From positions 3,580 to 67,579 of IMG/VR virus record IMGVR_UViG_3300033562_000691: DNA of 64,000 bases; one strand, 5' to 3'. The DNA is from a virus. Its lineage: Duplodnaviria; Caudoviricetes. Positions 1 to 9,900 of the stretch are shown here, one piece after another. Position numbers and translations under genes: made by a program. Within the stretch, counting starts at the first letter, position 1. Every line of letters begins with the position of its first letter. A model generated the notes under the pieces. It saw only the letters and a program-made list of their open reading frames with translations. It ran no database searches and was not told where the DNA came from.

Positions 1-399
1 ACGCCATAGATCTACAGCATCCAATCTGTCAGTAATGGCCGCTATAAGAGCTTCATCGTTTGCAATCAAACTGCGTTCAGTTTGTGATCCTACTTTTAAT
101 TTCTCCACCTCATGTTCAAGGTCAGAAATTAAATCATGGTTGGTACTGATACGTGTACTCAATGCGGCTAAGGCTTCGTTAAAAGAACATACCTGTGTGA
201 CACAACGTGCCATGCATCCTTTATTGTCATCTTGTAGACGATCTACGACAATTCGGATGGCCTCAGCCTTGGTAGCCGCTGTCAAGTTAAAGAGTTTTTC
301 CAATGCATCCAACTTTGATGCAAGATTGGTATCCCTTCTCCTATCTATGTCATTTATGCGGCGTTCAACAAACTCACGGTCGTTGTGGTCCATTGCCAT
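1..399 (-). CDS. Coiled-coil hypothetical protein, partial (runs off left edge)
   Basis: Own translation: ATG at 399, open to position 1 (MAMDHNDREFVERRINDIDRRRD...AITDRLDAVDLWR). Absent from the ORF track because no stop lies in the window. Co-oriented with its neighbours. Confidence 0.7.
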   Translation of the reverse strand, partial: MAMDHNDREFVERRINDIDRRRDTNLASKLDALEKLFNLTAATKAEAIRIVVDRLQDDNKGCMARCVTQVCSFNEALAALSTRISTNHDLISDLEHEVEKLKVGSQTERSLIANDEALIAAITDRLDAVDLWR

Positions 400-415
400 G
401 GAATTACTATGCCCC

Positions 416-862
416 CTACTCGCCCGTCTCCATATTTTTTCCACTCCAGATCTCCCTTAAATCATTTCGTGCCTGAGCAAGAACAAGCCATTTTTCCATC
501 AGATTCTGGATCTCGTTTTCTCTGGATATATGCAGAATATCTGCTGCTCCAATTTTCCAACTTTCCATTACGATAGAACAGGTGTATTCTTTCGAGGTCA
601 AAATGATCAACACACTGGGACGCTCTTTCTGTAGAAACGAGCAGAGTAGGGGACTACAGCATGTCCCACCTTCACGGAGGCTAAAATCAGCAAGAACAAT
701 ATCAATGTCCAGATTATTGGTTAATGTGGCGACAGCATCCTCGTATGTTTTTACACACAACAATCGCTGTACCCCAATGGATTCCAATGAATCACAAGTC
801 TTCTGTGCTTCAATGTCATCCCCATCAACTACTAGAATCACTAGATCTTTGATCTCACACAT
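416..862 (-). CDS. Stand-alone response-regulator receiver (REC/CheY-like) domain protein
   Basis: LVILVVDGDD acidic pocket, DIDIVLADFSL phospho-acceptor Asp, PSVLIILTS, KIGAADIL. No output domain. Confidence 0.8.
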   Translation of the reverse strand: MCEIKDLVILVVDGDDIEAQKTCDSLESIGVQRLLCVKTYEDAVATLTNNLDIDIVLADFSLREGGTCCSPLLCSFLQKERPSVLIILTSKEYTCSIVMESWKIGAADILHISRENEIQNLMEKWLVLAQARNDLREIWSGKNMETGE

Positions 863-893
863 TTTAGAATCTCCGTACTGGTGTGTTATATGT

Positions 894-1595
894 TCAATTT
901 ACACCAGTAACAGCCTCTGCTACATCTTCAACCACACTGCCAGCGGGTTCTTCCACTGCTTCTGAAACCTCAGATCCCTTGGGAACCTCTATGACTTCAG
1001 GTCGAACAATTTCAGGTGATACGACTTCGGGACGAACCTCGTATGGTTGAATCAGAGCACCGTTACCGGTAGCATAATTTTGATTATTGCTGGCCACAGG
1101 AGCATATGGCCCATTATAGGTCTGATCACCTTTCACTTTATCGAACCCGTATTTGATGGTATCTCCAATGATCCATCCAAAGCCAAGGGCAATGCCCTTA
1201 TTCACAAAGTTATTGGCAAGGCCCCAACCGGGATGTTCAGCTACACGGGTAGGCAGATCTTGTTGGAAACGAGGAGCTTCTTTGAAATTCAACTCAGGAA
1301 GGAATACGACAGCACCGTTGATCTCAGTCTTTGCATATGTGATTTTCAATCCAGACTCTTTGTACATCTTAGCCTGAACCACATCACGATTCTGATACAA
1401 GGCGTGTAGCGATGTTTCGCGTGCCACGAATGAATCACTTGTGGCACCCACTGTTTGATTCACGATATTTCCAAAATCATCTACAGCGGATCTCTTGATT
1501 GGATAATATTCTGTGCGTTTAGTGCTGCATCCAATCATGGGCAGCATCGCCAACACACACGCTAAACATACTCCTTTCTTCTTGTTGAACCTCAT
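894..1595 (-). CDS. Predicted lipoprotein, unknown function
   Basis: Basic N-terminus, hydrophobic stretch and lipobox-like MIGC. Acidic Pro/Val/Glu-rich C-terminal tail (RPEVV repeats). Confidence 0.75.
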   Translation of the reverse strand: MRFNKKKGVCLACVLAMLPMIGCSTKRTEYYPIKRSAVDDFGNIVNQTVGATSDSFVARETSLHALYQNRDVVQAKMYKESGLKITYAKTEINGAVVFLPELNFKEAPRFQQDLPTRVAEHPGWGLANNFVNKGIALGFGWIIGDTIKYGFDKVKGDQTYNGPYAPVASNNQNYATGNGALIQPYEVRPEVVSPEIVRPEVIEVPKGSEVSEAVEEPAGSVVEDVAEAVTGVN

Positions 1596-1642
1596 GCCTG
1601 AACCTCACTCCATGTTTTTATGTTCTGAACCTCATTCCGATG

Positions 1643-1705
1643 AAAAGCAGGGGAGACACCCAACAAGGAGGTTCAGGACTTGTTGAGTGTGCTTCCCTCC
1701 CCTGC
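1643..1705 (-). terminator. Intrinsic terminator-like hairpin / possible attenuator
   Basis: Arms GCAGGGGAG (1647-1655)/CTCCCCTGC (1697-1705) and CAACAAG/CTTGTTG. Followed by TTTT on the minus strand. Confidence 0.6.
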
Positions 1706-1837
1706 AACTGCTGAATATAGTTAAAAATGCACATTTACGCAAGAAAAATCACTGCATTAAAATGTGATGTCATATCAATATGTACAGGCACATATCATTT
1801 TCCAAATCAAAAATGCTATATATTTATTGATGTATTT

Positions 1838-2266
1838 TTATGGCAAAGTAGGAGTGATATTCAGAATTACAGGAGCATTCAATGGAACAGGAGGAGGGCA
1901 CCACACAACTACATTACTATTATCTGAAAATTCCATTTCTGCGTTCTTCATCATATATGATTTCAGATAATAGGCCCTACACTTATCACCCGGTACATAT
2001 GTGGTGCTCATAGATTCAGTGGTTTTATCTGGAGATACTGTAAAGAGTTCCCGCTTATCTTGATCATATAACTTGAATCCTGATATAATAGATTGCTGCT
2101 CTGGAGTGAATGCCGCCCATTCTACGACAAGAGTTGCCGGTAATGGAGTGGCCCTTGTCGCCAGAACTCCTTCCTGTTCAATCGTGCGCATCTTGGGATT
2201 GGCACATCCGGTCAATAAAGACAGCACAAACACGGCGAAGAGTAGACGTTTCATATTATTCTCCAT
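1838..2266 (-). CDS. Predicted lipoprotein (small beta-sandwich-like)
   Basis: MKRLLFAVFVLSLLTGC lipobox. Ends VVVWCPPPVPLNAPVILNI. Confidence 0.75.
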   Translation of the reverse strand: MENNMKRLLFAVFVLSLLTGCANPKMRTIEQEGVLATRATPLPATLVVEWAAFTPEQQSIISGFKLYDQDKRELFTVSPDKTTESMSTTYVPGDKCRAYYLKSYMMKNAEMEFSDNSNVVVWCPPPVPLNAPVILNITPTLP

Positions 2267-2541
2267 TATAGCAATATTGAATTCTGGGAAACTGGCATAT
2301 CCATGTAATAGTTGAAATAGGTTATCATCTGCACATTATCAGATATGCGTTTAATACTTCGTTGCCGAACTAAATCATTCTGAATAATGTAGTGGACCTC
2401 AAATAACTTGATATGCATGCTTTCGTCCATGTATACTGAATAACCAACCAACTGACCATCCACATAATTGTACTCCTTATGGTGTGTTGGATTGGAAAGT
2501 ACATGGGCGCATTCATCCTCAAACATTTGAGATCCACACAT
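2266..2541 (-). CDS. Hypothetical protein
   Basis: Fills the gap between co-oriented genes and abuts the next start. Confidence 0.55.
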   Translation of the reverse strand: MCGSQMFEDECAHVLSNPTHHKEYNYVDGQLVGYSVYMDESMHIKLFEVHYIIQNDLVRQRSIKRISDNVQMITYFNYYMDMPVSQNSILL

Positions 2542-2551
2542 TATGCCACCA

Positions 2552-2857
2552 TCAAGCCGGAGTAATCACAGAGCATATGCCAGCGGCACCTCCAGCAAGC
2601 TGTATCACTGAAACAGTGCTGCCTTTGGGGATATTGACGATGTGGATACCAGCAGGAAGTACCAAACTACTTGTAGTTGCAGGTGCTCCAATTGCAACAT
2701 GTGCGCCCACAGTCAGCGATAGAACTACACCGGTTTCAGCGATAGCTGCTGATGTGGCTGCTGCAGCACCAATAGTCAAATTTTCAAATGTGGAACTGAA
2801 CTGAAAACTTCCCGGTACGATTGATCCATCCTCGTAGTAACATCCTTTCATGTTCAT
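2552..2857 (-). CDS. Small Ala/Gly/Val-rich protein, possibly virion-associated
   Basis: ORF track 2552..2881. GGAG RBS supports a start at 2857 or 2851 (MNMKGCYY). Confidence 0.65.
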   Translation of the reverse strand: MNMKGCYYEDGSIVPGSFQFSSTFENLTIGAAAATSAAIAETGVVLSLTVGAHVAIGAPATTSSLVLPAGIHIVNIPKGSTVSVIQLAGGAAGICSVITPA

Positions 2858-2864
2858 TCTCCAA

Positions 2865-3308
2865 TTAGGGACGAAATACACATGGATATTTGTCCATGTG
2901 TTCCAGAATTATTTCTGGAGTCAATTCAAAATGGTTATAATTTGCATTGTTCCTGTCCAACCCCTTCCAGTACAGTTCCGTGCAAATATCTGACACCATA
3001 TTACCAAATAGTTTATACCAGTGCAACACCGTAGAATTGCGTACATTCCACGACCATCTGGAATCATAATACACGTAGTCAATAGCCGTAGTATATAACG
3101 GTGGGTACACATCAAGATCATACAAATGATTTGACATTATATCCGTTGTCTTCCCGCGTGTGATCAATTCTTGATGTCGTTCTGGAGTACGTCCAGTTTC
3201 AAACAGCCGAATAGGCATTGAATGAGGATCAATAATTTGACGTTGGATTCTGAGTACGCATCCAAACAACACAGGATGGAGCATATTCGTTTCTCTATTT
3301 ACTTTCAT
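2865..3308 (-). CDS. Endolysin, peptidase M15-like (L-Ala-D-Glu peptidase type)
   Basis: ETGRTPERHQEL...SNHL...AIDY...NHFEL, matching the R..S-x-H...D...H Zn-ligand pattern of M15 peptidases. AAGGAG RBS. Confidence 0.75.
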   Translation of the reverse strand: MKVNRETNMLHPVLFGCVLRIQRQIIDPHSMPIRLFETGRTPERHQELITRGKTTDIMSNHLYDLDVYPPLYTTAIDYVYYDSRWSWNVRNSTVLHWYKLFGNMVSDICTELYWKGLDRNNANYNHFELTPEIILEHMDKYPCVFRP

Positions 3309-3323
3309 AACTACTCCTTCTTT

Positions 3324-3401
3324 TCATAGATCTGTTATAATTCCGACAACCAAGGCTACTTCCAACAACAGTGCTACGGATATAACTATTCTGAACCACA
3401 T
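3324..3401 (-). CDS. 25-aa single-transmembrane peptide
   Basis: Own translation MWFRIVISVALLLEVALVVGIITDL*. Its ATG overlaps the upstream stop (TGATG) and it ends just before the endolysin RBS. Confidence 0.45.
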   Translation of the reverse strand: MWFRIVISVALLLEVALVVGIITDL

Positions 3402-3778
3402 CAGAAGCACCCAAGCAGAGGGTGATCTTTATATCCTCGGCAATGCTCCGTCTCATGCGCGAGATTGTATTCAGTAGAATACCCATAGCAAAAATCTATC
3501 TTTCCTTTTGAATACCCTCCGACCCATACACAGCCTCCTGTCAGTCCAAGTGTGAATGGAAATGCAAATAAAGTACGCAGATATTCTCCACGTCTGATGG
3601 CTTCGGCATTGCATCTATACGTAGTTTCCAACAAATTCCCTACCTTGATATCTATTTTCATATCATTCAGGTCTTGTGGTTCTTTTACATCCGCGATGAA
3701 TCCATAGGATGCTCTTGGCATTGGAGAACATGCTTGTATACACACAGACAATACCAATAAGACAAGTATGAATTTCAT
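3401..3778 (-). CDS. Predicted lipoprotein with HExxH zinc-metallopeptidase motif
   Basis: MKFILVLLVLSVCIQAC lipobox-like signal; LAHETEHCRG near the C-terminus. Confidence 0.65.
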   Translation of the reverse strand: MKFILVLLVLSVCIQACSPMPRASYGFIADVKEPQDLNDMKIDIKVGNLLETTYRCNAEAIRRGEYLRTLFAFPFTLGLTGGCVWVGGYSKGKIDFCYGYSTEYNLAHETEHCRGYKDHPLLGCF

Positions 3779-4014
3779 ATAAGACTCTGAGAAACAATTA
3801 TCTGAGTAGGAGGTAGTTTACTAACTACTATTCCATCCACAACCAGCACTGTATCTCCTGCAATAAATGAATCAGATCCTCCTTTAGCAATGAATCGGGA
3901 ACTCCCATCAATTCCAGTTATTGTTATAGTCCCATCAGTATCCACAGCATACACTGTGCCGATAGACTTTACTTGCCTTGGCAACAAACTCAAAAAAGCT
4001 GCATATGGATTCAT
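3775..4014 (-). CDS. Small tail-tip-associated protein
   Basis: 79 aa, directly after the large tail-tip gene. GTVYAVDTDGTITI...GDTVLVVDG pattern typical of this position. Confidence 0.65.
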   Translation of the reverse strand: MNPYAAFLSLLPRQVKSIGTVYAVDTDGTITITGIDGSSRFIAKGGSDSFIAGDTVLVVDGIVVSKLPPTQIIVSQSLI

Positions 4015-4015
4015 A

Positions 4016-6313
4016 TCATGCCCCTACATATCGTTTTACTTCCACTGTCTGGTATACGGAAAATACACCATTGGAAGAAGCAGCATCTAAACTCACAGAA
4101 GTTGTTACACCATGCCACACATTGCTGTTTTTATCCTGAACTTGTATAAAATCACCGGGTAACAGCAATCTTGATATATTAGGAGTTTCATCATTATAAT
4201 CAGCGAGGGAAAATAAACGAAGTGTGTGATTCACCCATTTTCCAGACTGTCCTAATACAGCCCTCCCACGTTCCACACACGCTTGCCAAGATGTCAAATT
4301 AGGATCAACTACATCAGGGGCGTACACACGAAAATCAGGGCCTACCCCATCACGATACAATTCTGTTACTACAATGCCCTCTGCGTTACCAGACTGTTGA
4401 ACATCCGTACTCTTCTGCCCCATGACGTAAACAGCATTGTATGGCGAGGATGATTCATAATTTCTTCCTATCTCAGAAGAATACGAAACATTTACATAGT
4501 GATCAATTTCTGGAAAATAAGTATCATTTGTATCAGTCCAGTGCCATGGAGGTATATTCACAAATGGACGTATAAATAATTTCTTATCCGCTGTATTATA
4601 ACAATTTGGATTCGTTATAATAAATGCACCTATAGACTCAGCCAAGGACTTGACCACTTCAATTTGGGTCTTATCTTTCCATTCAAATGTTCCGGGAGGG
4701 AATCCCCATCCTTCATACCCAAGTCCAGCAATAGAAGGAGAGAATCCAGAGAAGACACTGGACCCTACTATTGGATCAAGATAATAATACCAATCTGCGC
4801 GCCACCCTTTATCATCAACACCTAGAATAGTGCCTGTTAAGATATCCTCAATTATCTGTGCCCCAGAGGTAGGGGCAGTGCCATCAGGATCATAAATATA
4901 ACTTGTATTTATATTCTGAGGAGTTCCTAACTCCATAGATGGAGAACGTCCATTCAAAGTCCATGCAGATGTAGCGAATCTTGAACTCTCCTGCCATCCT
5001 TCCACACGACAAACCCACTTCCAATTGTTTATGGAAATTTCTATATCCATAAACACATTGTCTACAGGTTTGAGCAGTTCTAAATATGTATCGCTCTTTA
5101 TCCCAATAGTAAACTGCCACAACCAACTCTGCTGATCATAACGAATACCAACAGATGTTACTTCTATTGGAATATTATCAGGAAGACGTTTCACAAGTAC
5201 AGTATTCAGCATGTAATATGCCTCTTTTACGGGGGTTATATATGGATATCTGACCTCTACTTCGATGCCAGACATATAGGAATCACGCCTGCCTGATCTA
5301 TTGTACTGATACCCACACCTAGTATCAGTCTGATAATTATCCAAATCAAATACTACTTCCCTACATATTCCAATCATGTCTGGATCAAACGGAAGTAATC
5401 TAAAATTGGCTTGTCCGCAAATAGGCGGAGCATAATCTTTGAAACAGAATGAAAAATAATCCTTTGGACCCCAATTATTAGTATGGCTTACATCAAATTT
5501 GCCTATGGCATTCCAATGGACATTCGTATGAAAATCCGTTTTATTTGCAGAATCTCTAGTTGGGGTAACATGATACACATCATGGGAGCTAGGCTGGTTG
5601 TAATCCACCGATAGCAGGTCAGTGACATAAGTTAGCCCTTCATATCTTTTTATAACGTGATCATCCACAATGAAAAATGACAACCATAGCGAATCTGTCA
5701 TTTCATCAAGTGGGGCCAGTAACTCCACGGGGGTTACAATAAAATTATCCCTTGCGATCAGAGAATTCCAATTATTTACGTTTATTACATCTGTTGGGAT
5801 GTTTGCTGGAATATTAAATGAGACAAGTTCATCCATTTTGTATGTTTCATTCCAAGCCTTAACATAGGATCTCTCTTGCGGGATACCCTCCGAATAACCA
5901 CCGCCATTCAATCTAGCGGTTCCTAATGGCAAATCGTACAATTCACCACGTTTTATATTGGACATATCTCCTTTTAATATGATTAACGAATCCTTGGAGA
6001 TGCAATCTGGCAATATATCCATTATGTCAGTATTGTTAAGTATCTCAACAATGCTGTCATTGGATGAAATATGTGATTCGGCTTGAAACGGAACTACTTC
6101 CGAGTATACATCTATGAAAGCATCCTTACTGGATATAAATGCAGCCTCGGTAAAGTAAAATCGTTTATTTCCAATAGTTATAATGGATGGTTTTACAATA
6201 AAACCAATGGAGGTGAGTAGTAGGCTAAAGTTGGCAGCATTGCAAGAATGCACCACCAGTAGCCTATCTACTGTAAAATCGGCAGCGTCACATGGAGGAG
6301 GTGTGTAGCTCAT
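4016..6313 (-). CDS. Tail tip / hub-type structural protein
   Basis: 765 aa in the tail module. The C-terminal half (YMLNTVLVKRLPD...SWLWQF...VLGQSG) resembles proteobacterial siphovirus tail-tip proteins. Confidence 0.7.
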   Translation of the reverse strand: MSYTPPPCDAADFTVDRLLVVHSCNAANFSLLLTSIGFIVKPSIITIGNKRFYFTEAAFISSKDAFIDVYSEVVPFQAESHISSNDSIVEILNNTDIMDILPDCISKDSLIILKGDMSNIKRGELYDLPLGTARLNGGGYSEGIPQERSYVKAWNETYKMDELVSFNIPANIPTDVINVNNWNSLIARDNFIVTPVELLAPLDEMTDSLWLSFFIVDDHVIKRYEGLTYVTDLLSVDYNQPSSHDVYHVTPTRDSANKTDFHTNVHWNAIGKFDVSHTNNWGPKDYFSFCFKDYAPPICGQANFRLLPFDPDMIGICREVVFDLDNYQTDTRCGYQYNRSGRRDSYMSGIEVEVRYPYITPVKEAYYMLNTVLVKRLPDNIPIEVTSVGIRYDQQSWLWQFTIGIKSDTYLELLKPVDNVFMDIEISINNWKWVCRVEGWQESSRFATSAWTLNGRSPSMELGTPQNINTSYIYDPDGTAPTSGAQIIEDILTGTILGVDDKGWRADWYYYLDPIVGSSVFSGFSPSIAGLGYEGWGFPPGTFEWKDKTQIEVVKSLAESIGAFIITNPNCYNTADKKLFIRPFVNIPPWHWTDTNDTYFPEIDHYVNVSYSSEIGRNYESSSPYNAVYVMGQKSTDVQQSGNAEGIVVTELYRDGVGPDFRVYAPDVVDPNLTSWQACVERGRAVLGQSGKWVNHTLRLFSLADYNDETPNISRLLLPGDFIQVQDKNSNVWHGVTTSVSLDAASSNGVFSVYQTVEVKRYVGA

Positions 6314-6333
6314 TTAAATCCCCGCATGTAGCA

Positions 6334-6921
6334 TTACGAAATGATTTGTGGATCAGTGACTATAATATTGAGCGCATAGAAAATCGTACTTCTTCCGGAT
6401 TCAAGTGTATTGTTGCCGATGGTTGTTTGTGCCTCTGTAACATAGCGAAGTGTCCTATCTGTTGAGCATATCAAAGCACAGTGAGAAACAACCCCCGCTG
6501 TATGCGTAATACTTCCTTGCTCTTCTGTTAATGTTAAGGAACGGCCAGTAATTCCCTCCACAGGGTCGTTATAGTCATTAACAGCGTAGTCTCCGGCAAC
6601 CCGCGCACAATTTACCAATGCATAATTTTCGTGAGATTTCCATAAAACAGTACCATCAAGGAATGTTTCATCCTGCACATCACCCCATGCTGGATCTAGT
6701 ACATCGGTTATCCCTGCTGTTATGCATTCATAAATGAACCCATTCGCCTCTGGGGGATGAATGAGATCTCCAACATCATATGCCGTACTGGCCTCCCTTA
6801 TGGGAGGCCGTACAACATTATAGTAGGTGGATGGTTGTGCAGAGCACATCGCCTGTTCATCGCATTCTTTTATCTGATTGATTATGTAGTCTTGATATGC
6901 TTCTGGAATCCAAGCTCCCAT
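6334..6921 (-). CDS. Minor tail protein with small carbohydrate-binding-like module
   Basis: REASTAYDVGDLIHP...YECITAG...PAW...DGTVLW motif common in tail proteins. Confidence 0.6.
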   Translation of the reverse strand: MGAWIPEAYQDYIINQIKECDEQAMCSAQPSTYYNVVRPPIREASTAYDVGDLIHPPEANGFIYECITAGITDVLDPAWGDVQDETFLDGTVLWKSHENYALVNCARVAGDYAVNDYNDPVEGITGRSLTLTEEQGSITHTAGVVSHCALICSTDRTLRYVTEAQTTIGNNTLESGRSTIFYALNIIVTDPQIIS

Positions 6922-6932
6922 TTTACTTCTCC

Positions 6933-9900
6933 TTACTGGATATTAACAAAGATAGAAATAGCACATTCAACAAAATCCAATGCCGTCTTATCTAAGATTA
7001 TCCTGAAATGAATATTCTTTCCAGCAGTAACCGTGCCAACTGGTAGTATCGGAATAGATTCATCCGTACAAAGTGTCCAAGTTGTGTCTGTTGTAAGTTT
7101 ACAGTATACCTTTGTTGTTGCTAGGAATGTATCCCATACATGAGCAAATGGTTCCAATACAGGGAATGTCCATTTAGTCTGAGTGATTATATCACAATAT
7201 TGATAAACGGGATAATCATAACTGATCATTATGGCTTGATCTCTGTTTATCTCTATCCTGTACACATAGGGAGAAATTGTATCATCCGAATCCATAGATG
7301 CTGCAATATGGAGTTTAGTTGTGTCTTGGATAGTCTGCCCAACCAATAACCCATTGGTTTTAATCTTGTCCTTCTTCATCCTATTGTTTGGAAATTCTAA
7401 TGCTTTGCTGATAGCACCCTGAATATCCACAGTATTTGCAAATCTCCACATTGCATCTGGTTCATCATAGTAGTAAAAATCACCTTCTGTTCCACCATGG
7501 ACAGTAGAATCACTGGAAGCAATAGAATGAATACTTCCAGATTCATTAACCACTTTGTAAGTCTTTCCATCAATACATACCGAATACCAAATATTAAATC
7601 TGACTGGATCTACAGTAGGTGTCTCTTCCTCTATCACATCATGCATCTCCGTATAATCATTCAGTCCTCCAGAGAATGGTATGGAAATACTAGAATCCAA
7701 TACATCTGTTCCATCATACCCGCCGATCAAGTACATTTTGTTCGATGTAACTACAGGAATTGCATCTAGGCGTGGCGATGGTATACTTTCAGTAGTTCCA
7801 AATACCCCCAAATTTCCATCAGAGTCAAACACTGAATAATACACTACAGTTGTTATTCCAGAATCAATAACTAATCCACCTATGACAAATATACACGTGT
7901 CAGTAACAACAACACTACTTTTCCGCAACTGCACAGGTATACTCTCTTGTGCTCTCGTCTCTACTGGTTCCCCCATAGCATCCAACCGTATACAATAGCA
8001 CTCCGTTGTTTCGCATCCACCTAGTACATATATGCGCCCTCTACGTGCAAATACCACAGCGCAACTATTATCCACGGGTAGCTTGTATGTTGTATATCTA
8101 TTATACACAGACAATGCACTAGAATTAAATATATACATATCCTTATTATTAACTATGTACAGCTTACCATTATAAAAACAGCTAGAATTTGAATAATAAT
8201 CATATGCGAAAGATGGTTTGTACGGAGATACAATAAACATTGTCCTTATTTCAATATCTTTATAATATTGTGGAGCCCTGCTGGCATTAGCAAACGAGTG
8301 CCAATGCCAGCAAAATCTGAATGTGGTTGGTATGTCCTCTGTAACTCCAGATCCAATATAAACAGAATCTACCCATAAATCACAAAGACCGGTATCAGTA
8401 TTAACAGATATATCAATTACATACTCTTTATTTGTTGTATACACAAATGGATAGTTAGTGTTTCCTATTGTAATCACATTTGACTTAGAAGAACGGAGTT
8501 GACACACCATAGCATACGTGCTTGGTTGTGCGAAGGACCACGGTTGACTTGTGGTCAGGAAGTCAACCGTTTCTGGAATCAATGCAATGTAATTTCTAGC
8601 ATCCGTATTATCATCATCAAACCAGTACGTGGAATCCAAACATTTCCATTTCATACGGATAGCATATCTGGAGTTTGCTGCGGAATATATATCAGTGGTG
8701 TATGCGTTAGCTCCCTCTATACCACTGCTACTACTGGCTGTCGGCCATAATCTAATCCACCCATTAATAATCTCCACAGAACTTCCATATACATAGGTGG
8801 TAAATCCATCCAATGTGGAACCATCATTAACAAACACCACACCCCCTGCCATTCTAGAAAAACCTCCTGGAATAGCATTCTCCATACGAATCCAATCTAC
8901 CCCTATATCACCATCTATTATTTTAGAATAATATATATCTGAAGTATTGGAAAGTTCTCCGTATGCATCCGAAATAAACCCACCAACAAGATACACACAG
9001 CCATTGAAAATGAATGCACGCGATTTCATAAGTGTAACCGGCAATGCACTAGAATGTACAGAAAACTGACCAACATCACCAAATTCGTCAATGGTGGCTG
9101 TGTATATACTGGTGCTGGGTCCAACAGCATCGTTCCCTCCAAATATAAATACTTTACTCCCTATGACAGCAGAAGTTCCCCCACCAAGTACATTTGGAAG
9201 CACAGTAGGAGCACTGCTCCACCCAGTTAATGCACTTGTTTGTACTGTATTAAACTTAGATTGATTATACCAAGGATCACCAATACCAGTAATTTGCTGC
9301 ACATGCACATTCTTACTCTGAACCATAACTTCATAGGAATCTAATCCACCTTGATACCCCACTGAATATACATTATCTAAGACAGTGCTTCCATTATGTC
9401 CTCCAATAAAATACAATTTGGAAGATGTTATCAAGGCATTAGTGTGGAAATAAGTATTCGGACCATTATTATGTGTGGAGTATACGGATATAGGATCTTC
9501 TATTGTGTTAGATATATCTACAATATATGATCCTATGTTTGGGTTCCCTGTATCGTCTTTTCCCCCATATATATACAAATTATTTTTGGACGTAATGTAA
9601 ACAGCACCTGTTAATTTCTTAGGTAATGGTATGTTGTTTGCATTCCATGGGCCAAGTTCGCCGCTACACAGAACCCTTGCCCGATATACTGCATCTGTCA
9701 CACCAGAAGCTGTATCACCGCCACAGAAATAGAGGAATTCACCAACGACAAATACCCCATTCCCACTGGCAGCATAAGGAGCATTCTTTCCATAAATTGT
9801 CCAAACCCCCAATTCACCGGCATCGTTTAATTTTGCCCTATAACAAGAATCTGTGAATCCATTATCATCTTTACCGCCAAAGAGATACACACAAGAAGCA

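Noticed and set aside
3295-3486. 63-aa minus-strand ORF from the track
   Set aside because: It overlaps the lipoprotein gene by 86 nt with no RBS. The coupled 25-aa ORF explains the gap better.
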